Source of the DNA: Armatimonadota bacterium | GTDB taxonomy: Bacteria; Armatimonadota; HRBIN16 | NCBI GenBank assembly: GCA_963677485.1 | Contig: OY781964.1 | Span: 3,776,001 to 3,840,000, forward strand | Direction: 5' to 3' | DNA: 64,000 bases | Shown here: positions 49,064 through 57,192 of the stretch, one piece after another | Layout of the letters: the number at the start of each line of letters is the position of its first letter | Numbering within the stretch: position 1 is the first letter of the stretch | Position numbers and translations under genes: made by a program | Notes under the pieces: model-generated | What the model was told of the DNA's origin: nothing | Seen by the model: the letters and a program-made list of their open reading frames with translations, nothing else | Databases searched by the model: none

Positions 49064-49276
49064 ATGCCGCTGCCAAAAAGAAGACACTCGCACGCACGTG
49101 GAGCGAAGCGACGAACTCACTACACTCTATCTGCTGTGACCGTAGTGGCCAGCAAGTGCCCAGGTGACAATCCCGATTGTCCTGGTGCACGTGTTTCACA
49201 CACCGCATGCCCTGTGTGTGGCTGGTATAATGGCCGTCAAGCCGTTCCAGTCAAACAAAAGAAAATCCAGGAATAG
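49064..49276 (+). CDS. rpmF: 50S ribosomal protein bL32
   Basis: MPLPKRRHS..R..KRR; H..CPVCGWY. Confidence 0.93.
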   Translation: MPLPKRRHSHARGAKRRTHYTLSAVTVVASKCPGDNPDCPGARVSHTACPVCGWYNGRQAVPVKQKKIQE

Positions 49277-49294
49277 GCTTCCGGAAGCAAACGA

Positions 49295-50362
49295 ATGCCT
49301 AATTCGAACAGGAAACCGCGGATTGCTATAGACGGCATGGGCGGTGACCACGCTCCCGCCGAAGTTGTAATAGGCACCGTTGCCGTCGCTCTTGAGAATC
49401 CAGATGCAGATTGGATTCTAGTCGGCGATGAGAGCCTCATGCGTGAGTGCCTTAAGGGGCGCACACTTCCCAAGAACGTCATAATCAAGCACGCTTCGCA
49501 AGTGATCAAAATGGACGAAAGCCCGGTCACTTCGATCCGCAAGAAGAAAGACGCTTCTCTGGTGGTGTGCGCCCGTCTCGTCAAAGAGGGTCAGGCTGAC
49601 GGGTTCTTTAGTGCCGGCCATAGTGGTGCCGCCCTTGCCGTGGGCGCGCTTATCATAGGCCGCATACCCGGTGTAGACAGACCGGCCATCACTGTTCCTA
49701 TGCCCTCCGTCAAGGGACACTATGTGTTGATTGATGCGGGAGCCAATGTCGATTGTGATCACACCCATCTAGTCGAGTTCGCCGTGATGGGTATGGTATA
49801 TGCTCAGACCATTCTCGGTGTTAAAGAACCTCGGATTGGGTTGATCAGCAACGGCGAAGAGGACACCAAGGGCAACCAGCTTGTGAAATCCGCTAATCGC
49901 CTTCTTCGAGCCTCCGGTCTGCCGTTCATAGGCAACATTGAGGGGCGCGAGATGTTCGAAGGTAAAGCCGATGTGGTGGTTTGCGACGGGTTTGTTGGGA
50001 ACCTGGTTCTGAAAACCGCTGAGGGTGTGGGCTTGATGCTCATGAAGCTGATACAGAGAGAAGTTGAACATAACCCGCTGCTCAAACTGCCCATGGCGTT
50101 GATGATGACTACCCTGAAGAGACTGAAACGTCACACTGACCCGGATGAGTACGGCGGCGCGCATCTGCTCGGTGTGAACAGTGTGGTTGTCATAGGACAT
50201 GGCTCGTCACACGCGAGAGCGGTGACCAATGGCTTAAAAATCACCCTGCGTGCGGTGAAACAAGACATGGTCGCTCGAATTTCCGAAGCCATGGCTGAAC
50301 GTGCTGAGATGGTCAGCTCCCTGCCATTCCTGCTGCAAGAGGGCGGTCCTGTCAATAACTGA
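49295..50362 (+). CDS. plsX: Phosphate acyltransferase PlsX
   Basis: IAIDGMGGDHAP, DAGAN, GEEDTKG, DGFVGN, GHGSS. Confidence 0.95.
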   Translation: MPNSNRKPRIAIDGMGGDHAPAEVVIGTVAVALENPDADWILVGDESLMRECLKGRTLPKNVIIKHASQVIKMDESPVTSIRKKKDASLVVCARLVKEGQADGFFSAGHSGAALAVGALIIGRIPGVDRPAITVPMPSVKGHYVLIDAGANVDCDHTHLVEFAVMGMVYAQTILGVKEPRIGLISNGEEDTKGNQLVKSANRLLRASGLPFIGNIEGREMFEGKADVVVCDGFVGNLVLKTAEGVGLMLMKLIQREVEHNPLLKLPMALMMTTLKRLKRHTDPDEYGGAHLLGVNSVVVIGHGSSHARAVTNGLKITLRAVKQDMVARISEAMAERAEMVSSLPFLLQEGGPVNN

Positions 50363-50424
50363 CTGCACAGTCAGTGCCACCGCCATCACCACTAATATCC
50401 ACACGAAAGTGAGGCTGACACGGA

Positions 50425-51369
50425 TTGTCAAAGCTTAAATACGCACTGCTTTTTCCGGGGCAAGGCTCACAGAGTTCAGCCATGGGAGCCGATCTGCTCG
50501 CGCATTACCCTGAAGCTGCCGATATGGCTGCTCAAGCCGACACGGTTCTGCGACGCTCGGTCACTGATCTTCTGACGACGGCCGATGATGCGACACTGAA
50601 GCAGACCCTCAATTCCCAACCCGCACTCTATTGCCTTAGCCAGGCCATCCTGGCTGTTTTACGCAGAATGGCCCCCGTGGCGCCAGTTGTGGTCGCTGGC
50701 CACAGTCTGGGCGAGTATGCTGCACTATCAGCGGCGGGTGTCATAGACTATCAACAAGGCCTGAAGCTGATCGATGCGCGCGCACAAGCGATGGACCGAG
50801 CTGCTTCAGCCCATCCGGGAGCCATGGCAGCAATATTGGGTCTAGACGATGGGCTGATATCTGAGGCTTGCAAAGATGCCAGTATGGACGGAATAGTCGC
50901 CCCTGCGAACTACAACAGCCCTGGCCAGGTCGTGATCTCAGGCGAGAAGGCTGCCGTTGAAGCGGCTTGCATTTTATGCAAGCAAAAGGGTGCTAAACGA
51001 GCACTGATGCTGCCTGTCTCCGGCGGGTTTCACAGCCAGTTGATGACTTCGGCCGCAGAGGAGCTTAAAGACCTTTTTGCGCTCACTGAATGGAAAGAAC
51101 CTCACACAACGCTGGTGATGAATGTCACAGCAGAACCTCCTCATAATGTTTCGGATATCCCAGGGCTTATGCTCAAGCAGATCACCAGCTCGGTGATGTG
51201 GAGCCAAAGCCTCATCTATATGCAACAGATGGGGGTTGAGCTGTTTATCGAAGTTGGTCCCGGAGAGGTGTTGTGCGGTTTGGTTAAGCGCACGCTCCCG
51301 GGAGCTCAGACAATGCGGTGCAGCAAGCCAGAAGAAATACTGGCTGTAGCCGATAGAATAGGAGTATAA
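50425..51369 (+). CDS. fabD: Malonyl-CoA:ACP transacylase
   Basis: FPGQGSQ, GHSLGE, VSGGFHS. Confidence 0.95.
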   Translation: MSKLKYALLFPGQGSQSSAMGADLLAHYPEAADMAAQADTVLRRSVTDLLTTADDATLKQTLNSQPALYCLSQAILAVLRRMAPVAPVVVAGHSLGEYAALSAAGVIDYQQGLKLIDARAQAMDRAASAHPGAMAAILGLDDGLISEACKDASMDGIVAPANYNSPGQVVISGEKAAVEAACILCKQKGAKRALMLPVSGGFHSQLMTSAAEELKDLFALTEWKEPHTTLVMNVTAEPPHNVSDIPGLMLKQITSSVMWSQSLIYMQQMGVELFIEVGPGEVLCGLVKRTLPGAQTMRCSKPEEILAVADRIGV

Positions 51370-51370
51370 A

Positions 51371-52123
51371 ATGCGTTTCCAAGGAAAGATCGTATTAGTG
51401 ACCGGTGGTGGAGCAGATACACGCGGCATAGGTTACTGCATTGCCAGTGCCTTTGGACGTGAAGGTGCTCATGTTGTCGTGGCTGACTATGTGGCAGCAA
51501 ACGCCCAGCGCGTGGTCGATGACATCATAGCCGCTGGTGGCCAGGCCGAGGTTCTACAGATGGATGTCAGTAACGCCGATAGCGTGAATACAGGCTTCAA
51601 ACAGTTACTCGACAAGCACGAACGCCTCGATGTGCTGGTGAATGCCGCAGGGATCACCAAAGACGGGTTGATCATGCGTATGTCCGAAGCGGATTGGGAT
51701 GCTGTGATGAATGTGAACTTGAAGGGTGCTTTCCTAACCACTAAGGCCGCCACACGCCCAATGATGAAACAGCGTTGCGGTGCTATTGTGAATATTGCTT
51801 CGATCATGGGGCAGATCGGCAATGCCGGGCAGGCGAATTACGCCAGCTCAAAGGGAGGGCTGATTGCCCTTACTAAGTCAACCGCCAAGGAGCTGGGTTC
51901 ACGAGGAATTCGAGCGAATGCGGTGGCTCCAGGCTGGATTGAAACAGCCATGACCGACAAGCTTCCTGACAGCGTGCGCGATGGCATGATGACCAACATC
52001 CCGTTGGCGCGGCTGGGCAGCGGTGTTGATGTCGCTAAAGTGGTGCTGTTCCTGGCAAGTGATGATGCGGGTTATGTAACCGGTCAGACCTTGACTGTTG
52101 ACGGCGGGCTGGTTATGATATAA
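51371..52123 (+). CDS. fabG: 3-oxoacyl-ACP reductase
   Basis: [25 protein letters not shown]. Confidence 0.94.
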   Translation: MRFQGKIVLVTGGGADTRGIGYCIASAFGREGAHVVVADYVAANAQRVVDDIIAAGGQAEVLQMDVSNADSVNTGFKQLLDKHERLDVLVNAAGITKDGLIMRMSEADWDAVMNVNLKGAFLTTKAATRPMMKQRCGAIVNIASIMGQIGNAGQANYASSKGGLIALTKSTAKELGSRGIRANAVAPGWIETAMTDKLPDSVRDGMMTNIPLARLGSGVDVAKVVLFLASDDAGYVTGQTLTVDGGLVMI

Positions 52124-52199
52124 ATTGAGCTGCGTCGCGCAGTTTAAACAGAAAATCAAATATCCCTTACATACCATAAATGGAGGATACCAGAATCTC

Positions 52200-52433
52200 A
52201 TGGAAATTTTCGATCGAGTGAAAAAAGTCGTCGTAGAGAAACTCAATGTCGACGCCGGTGAAGTAACCGCAGATGCAGCATTCATGGACGACTTGGGTGC
52301 AGACTCGTTGGACCTCGTCGAATTGGTGATGGCTCTTGAAGAAGAGTTCGAAATTGAAATTGCCGATGAAGATGCAGAGAAAATCCGCAAAGTATCCGAT
52401 GCAGTCAGTTATGTCGAAAGCAAACTGAGCTAA
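52200..52433 (+). CDS. acpP: Acyl carrier protein
   Basis: [14 protein letters not shown]; GGAGG SD before ATG 52200. Confidence 0.96.
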   Translation: MEIFDRVKKVVVEKLNVDAGEVTADAAFMDDLGADSLDLVELVMALEEEFEIEIADEDAEKIRKVSDAVSYVESKLS

Positions 52434-52441
52434 GTCACAAG

Positions 52442-53677
52442 ATGTCCAATTCCCGAAAGACAATCGTAATCACGGGGCTGGGGGCTGTGACCCCTTTCGG
52501 TAAGAGTATTCCCACTCTGTGGAGTAATCTACTGGCAGGTGCAACCGCCTCGAGGCGTATCGTCGATATGGATGTTGAACACAGCCCTGTACAGATTGCA
52601 TGTCAGGTGCTGGATTTCGATCCCTTGCCATACGTTGACGCTAAGGCGGCTAAGCGTATGGACCGGTTTTCGAAATTCGCCGTGTGGGCTGCCTGTGAAG
52701 CGGCTGCCGATGCTGGGATAACGGAAGGGTCTGTTGACCCTGAGCGGTTTGGTGTTGTGGTAGGATCTGGGATGGGCGGCATTATCACCATCGAAGAGCA
52801 GCACATCATCTTCCTTGAGCGTGGTGCCGGTCGGCTGAGCCCGTTTATGGTACCCAACATGATCTCCAACATGGCCGCTGGCCAGGTGAGCATGGCCTTG
52901 GGTGCCAAAGGGATCACCCTGTGCGTAACCACAGCCTGCGCGAGCGGTGCTAACAGTGTAGGTGAAGCCGCGGAGGTAATACAACGGGGTGACGCAGACA
53001 TTATGATAGCCGGTGGGTGCGATGCGACCATCAGCCCATATGCTCTGGGCGGGTTCAATGCGTGCAAGGCACTGAGCCGTAGAAATGATGCTCCTGAACG
53101 GGCCAGTCGTCCTTTTGACAAAGATCGCGACGGCTTTGTGATGGGTGAAGGAGCAGGGGTCGTTGTGCTTGAGACACTTGAACATGCGCAAGCCCGTGGT
53201 GCCAAAATCTACGCTGTGTTAGCGGGATATGGCTCCACCTCAGATGCTTTTCATGTGACATCACCCGATCCGGAGTGCGTCCAAACCTCACGCTGCATGA
53301 AAATGGCTATCCAAAAGGCTGGCTTAAGCATGTCTGATGTGAGCTATGTGAACGCACATGGAACATCAACCCAAACGAATGACCGACTTGAAACAAAAGC
53401 GATCAAAATGGCACTTGGCTGTAATGTGCCTGTCAGCTCCATAAAAGGCAGCACAGGGCACCTTATGGGTGCCGCTGGCGCAGTGGAAGCGATTGTTTCA
53501 ATACTGGCTATTCGTGACCAGATATTACCACCTACAGCCAACTACGAAGTTCCAGACCCAGAGTGCGATCTGGACTACGTGCCGAATGTTGCTCGTAAAG
53601 CGGACGTGAAAGCTGTAATCAGCAACTCGTTCGGATTTGGCGGTCACAACGCCAGTCTATTGTTTACGAAGCATTAG
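52442..53677 (+). CDS. fabF: Beta-ketoacyl-ACP synthase II
   Basis: TACASG, NAHGTST, GHLMGAAG, SFGFGGHN. Confidence 0.95.
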   Translation: MSNSRKTIVITGLGAVTPFGKSIPTLWSNLLAGATASRRIVDMDVEHSPVQIACQVLDFDPLPYVDAKAAKRMDRFSKFAVWAACEAAADAGITEGSVDPERFGVVVGSGMGGIITIEEQHIIFLERGAGRLSPFMVPNMISNMAAGQVSMALGAKGITLCVTTACASGANSVGEAAEVIQRGDADIMIAGGCDATISPYALGGFNACKALSRRNDAPERASRPFDKDRDGFVMGEGAGVVVLETLEHAQARGAKIYAVLAGYGSTSDAFHVTSPDPECVQTSRCMKMAIQKAGLSMSDVSYVNAHGTSTQTNDRLETKAIKMALGCNVPVSSIKGSTGHLMGAAGAVEAIVSILAIRDQILPPTANYEVPDPECDLDYVPNVARKADVKAVISNSFGFGGHNASLLFTKH

Positions 53678-53698
53678 ATTTCGGCCTCAAGTGTGTAG

Positions 53699-53739
53699 CA
53701 CACCCCCGACCACAGACTGGTTGGGGGTGTGGTTATTTT
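53699..53739 (+). terminator. Intrinsic terminator after fabF
   Basis: CACACCCCCGACCA...TGGTTGGGGGTGTG-GTTATTTT. Confidence 0.7.
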
Positions 53740-53846
53740 CTGCCATCTGAATGCCTTCATGAAAGCAGGATTTACCCTTTATGGTGCCCAACATGAATCT
53801 GTTGCGCAGTTATCTACAATAGTATTTCTGAACAAGGGGTGCCCCA

Positions 53847-55475
53847 GTGAATTTGGTTCCTAATGGTGACTTCAGAAGTCTTGCAGGGTGGAAACTCTCC
53901 AACCCCGCTTTGATACAACTCGGCACCGATACGGCAGATGGTGTGCCCCGTGTGAAACTCAGCTCTGACCCTCATGCCTCAGATGGTTCAGAATCGACCG
54001 CCATTTGGCAGTTCCTCGATATCAAGGGCTTTGACGCAAAAGCCGAATACCGGTTGAGGTTCCGTGCCAAGTCGGACCACTTCCCGCAGGAATACAACCT
54101 GTTTCTGGGTATGATGCAGGGAGAACAGCTTCCGTTCACGGTGGGGTATGAGTGGCGGCAGGTGGGTTCCGCCTGGCAGGATGTGCGGCTTGACTTTCGA
54201 GATGTAAACCCAGTCGCAACCGCCATCAAGCTGATGATCCAAGTGAAGGCCCCTGGTAGTGTGTGGATCAGCGATCTACGCATAGAGCAGTTACCAGCAG
54301 GCACGATCGGTGCTGAGGAGCGACTGCTGAAGGACTTGCCGAAATTCGTGGGCTCGTCTCAGAATGTGAGAATCCTTGCCGACCGTCGATTTGAAGTCAA
54401 CGGCAAGCCATTCTTCCCAATTGGACTGTGGGGTATCGACTACCCTAACGAAAGACAGATGGACGACCTACAGTCTTACGGCTTCAACATCACCGGAACC
54501 GGCCATCTCTCTGCCCGGGGAGCCAACGGTGTGAAGGCGTTCCTTGACCAGCTTCAGATACGGGGTCTGATGGCCATTGGAGTGATGCGGTATGCACTCA
54601 CCCCCCAGACACCTGAGATAGTTACTGAAGTGGAACGCATGAACGGCATGCATAAGCCGGTGATGGAGATCACCCGTTTGCATCCTGCCTTCTTTGCCTA
54701 TGACATCGGCGATGAGGTGGCGTGGGCCGGGAATGACATCTCCGCACTGGCCAAAGGAGCGCACTATATACGTGAGTGCGACCCACACCACCCGATATTC
54801 ACCAATGCGGCACCTCGGGGGAGTATCGCCAGTCTGCAGCGATATTACCGGTTTGCCGACATCGGCGGCAGTGATATCTACCCATGGTGGAACGGCGAGC
54901 CTGACAAGCATTCGGATCTGCCCAACAAGAGCTTGTCGGTGGTCGGGGACGAAACGGTAAAGAACCTGCAAGCGATGGGCAAGAACAAACCGGTGATGAT
55001 GACACTGCAGGCCTTCGGCTGGTCAGAGGGCACACCCGATGAGGCCTTGAAGGCGAAAGGCTACACCTACCCGCCGCAGAACCTCATCCGGTATATGGTT
55101 TATGATGCCATCGTGTGCGGAGCTACGGGGATACTGATGTTCCAAGACGGCCGTTACGACTACATCAATCGCAAGGTGAAGGCGATAGGGCTTGAGCTGA
55201 AGGCGATGCACAACGTGTTGGCATCACCGAATGACCCCAAAGGAGCCAAATCAGCAGATAAACGGCTCAAGCTGATCACCAAACTCTACCGAGGCAAGCG
55301 CATCATCATCGCAGTTAACCAATCGGAAAGTGGCATGAAATGCCGTATCACCGTGCCTGCAGGCACCAAAGTCTGGCTGGAGAAAGCCACGCGCCGGAAG
55401 CTGGATATCACACGGCAGGGCTTCACCGAGAGCTTCGAGCCCTGGGGTGTGGGTATCTACGAGCAGATGGGGTAG
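53847..55475 (+). CDS. CBM4/9-like domain plus putative glycoside hydrolase TIM barrel; no signal peptide
   Basis: NLVPNGDF..W; VNGKPFFPIG; AYDIGDE; DIYP; LQAF. Confidence 0.6.
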   Translation: MNLVPNGDFRSLAGWKLSNPALIQLGTDTADGVPRVKLSSDPHASDGSESTAIWQFLDIKGFDAKAEYRLRFRAKSDHFPQEYNLFLGMMQGEQLPFTVGYEWRQVGSAWQDVRLDFRDVNPVATAIKLMIQVKAPGSVWISDLRIEQLPAGTIGAEERLLKDLPKFVGSSQNVRILADRRFEVNGKPFFPIGLWGIDYPNERQMDDLQSYGFNITGTGHLSARGANGVKAFLDQLQIRGLMAIGVMRYALTPQTPEIVTEVERMNGMHKPVMEITRLHPAFFAYDIGDEVAWAGNDISALAKGAHYIRECDPHHPIFTNAAPRGSIASLQRYYRFADIGGSDIYPWWNGEPDKHSDLPNKSLSVVGDETVKNLQAMGKNKPVMMTLQAFGWSEGTPDEALKAKGYTYPPQNLIRYMVYDAIVCGATGILMFQDGRYDYINRKVKAIGLELKAMHNVLASPNDPKGAKSADKRLKLITKLYRGKRIIIAVNQSESGMKCRITVPAGTKVWLEKATRRKLDITRQGFTESFEPWGVGIYEQMG

Positions 55476-55531
55476 AGGGTGTGATATGGTCTCGAGCGTT
55501 GACGGCTGTGGACTTTCTTGTAAATAACTGG

Positions 55532-55701
55532 TTTGTCTGTGTCCGGGGCGGTCTGGCTGTAAGCTGAAAATCGCCACTGTTTACAGACCGCGCCGGTCTT
55601 GTTTCCGAAACATAACCAGGGAGGCTATCCGCCAGACCGGCGCGGTCTCGAGTCTTCTGCATCCGCTAGCCTGCACACAGACCGCCCCGGACTTAGCCCG
55701 A
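55532..55701 (+). mobile_element. 170-bp four-armed palindromic element, diverged full copy
   Basis: All four arms retained; outer IR ends eroded. Confidence 0.8.
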
Positions 55702-55922
55702 TTGAAGGGAACGCTTCAGTTACAATATGGGCTGCCGTGCCAGCACGGTCGGCTGCTCTCGTGTGTGTTGCCTCCATTATCTAATGTAAGAGCGGCGTGA
55801 TCCCATGTGCCGAACATCGTTCCTATGAACCTGTGTTCTGTGTGCCTTTATGGGTATACAACACGACGATCCAGTAATATAGAAAAAAGTATGATGTTAA
55901 TATAAAGTAAGTATAATACTAA

Positions 55923-56150
55923 TTGGATGGTGTGATGTGTTACAACGATCTGGGATGCAGCAAGTCTTGCAGGCTCTTTGGAGGTGCAGATCGACACCTG
56001 TCCGATCTGTTAGTGCTCAATCCTACTGATGATGAGATGCTGCTCGCAGCTCGCTGGTGCTTGACACAAGATGCATCAGAAGTCTTTCCGCAGATAGTGG
56101 AAAGTTTTCTCAGGAAAGTCGGGTGGGATCACATTGCTGAGCTTGTGTAG
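55923..56150 (+). pseudogene. Probable C-terminal remnant of a DUF6036-like nucleotidyltransferase
   Basis: D.HL.DLL.L.PTDDE.L.AARW..TQD.S..F recalled as the C-terminus of this family; no N-terminal GG/DxD domain upstream. Confidence 0.45.
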
Positions 56151-57165
56151 ACGGGCATTTAGGGAAGGATTACTGGGATTTCTGTGGAACCACTGGTCCC
56201 AGCTAGGTGCTTCGGGTTATAGGCAAATCAGTCCCGGTTGGATCATTGATCCTGAGGTGCTGCTATTGATGACACTGGACTTTGGGAGAGACGATCCGCG
56301 CCTCTTTGACTGCATGATGGACTGGGTCGTAGATTACCAAGACAAACTGAGTGTTCATCGACTAAAAACCATCATGAAAGGCCAAAGCGAACTGATACAG
56401 CAGCTACTGAGTGCAGTCGCCACCTCAGTAGACACCATCAGCAGCCATCCCCGTTGGTCTGCGCTTACCCGAACATCCACGGCACCGCCGACAAATACAC
56501 AGCCGTTGTTTGTCAGTAGCTCAGGAGATGACTTACCTACCATCGGTGAGCCTGACCCTGTGTTTTTACTGCATGGGTTTCTCCGAGACAGGTGGCAACC
56601 GAGGACTCAGGCTAGTTACAAAGCGAATAGTGAAGCTAGCTCGTTGATCATCTCCTTAAGATGTCTGTTCGGCATATCACCTCGCGCTGAAATCATCGCA
56701 TTTATGTTAACTCAGAATGCTGTCAGGCAAAAAGCCATAGCCACTGCTTCAGGGTATTCTATACCATCTGTGCAGTCGATATTAAAGGACATGGTGTCAT
56801 CAGAATACATATACCAAGCATCGTCAGGTCTGTATGAGATAGATAAACCGCGATGGTCTAGTTTTTTCCGGCTAGATTCGAGATCCCTTATATGGAGGTC
56901 GTGGACACAGCTGATGACTGCGATCCGAATTATAGATGACTTTTATGCCGTATCTGAAGCGGCTAAGTGGTCTGAATATATGCAGAAATCCATGGCGCTC
57001 ACTGTGATTTCACAGGTGCGTGATATATTGTCAGGATCAGGAATACTACATCGATTTAATGAACCATGTGATTTGGATCACGCACCGGCGTTACTAAGCA
57101 TCTGCATCGATGCGTTGTTACAAGAGTTAAATCCAAGCCATGCGGTACCTCTGCAGAGTGCATAG
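56134..57165 (+). CDS. Hypothetical protein with internal winged HTH (putative antitoxin-like partner)
   Basis: FLW..WS.LG, IIDPE.LL, D.RLFD...DW, LFGISPRAEI..F plus HTH; low-GC segment. Confidence 0.65.
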   Translation: MLSLCRRAFREGLLGFLWNHWSQLGASGYRQISPGWIIDPEVLLLMTLDFGRDDPRLFDCMMDWVVDYQDKLSVHRLKTIMKGQSELIQQLLSAVATSVDTISSHPRWSALTRTSTAPPTNTQPLFVSSSGDDLPTIGEPDPVFLLHGFLRDRWQPRTQASYKANSEASSLIISLRCLFGISPRAEIIAFMLTQNAVRQKAIATASGYSIPSVQSILKDMVSSEYIYQASSGLYEIDKPRWSSFFRLDSRSLIWRSWTQLMTAIRIIDDFYAVSEAAKWSEYMQKSMALTVISQVRDILSGSGILHRFNEPCDLDHAPALLSICIDALLQELNPSHAVPLQSA

Positions 57166-57192
57166 TGCTGATTTACTGCATGGCTAGACGGT

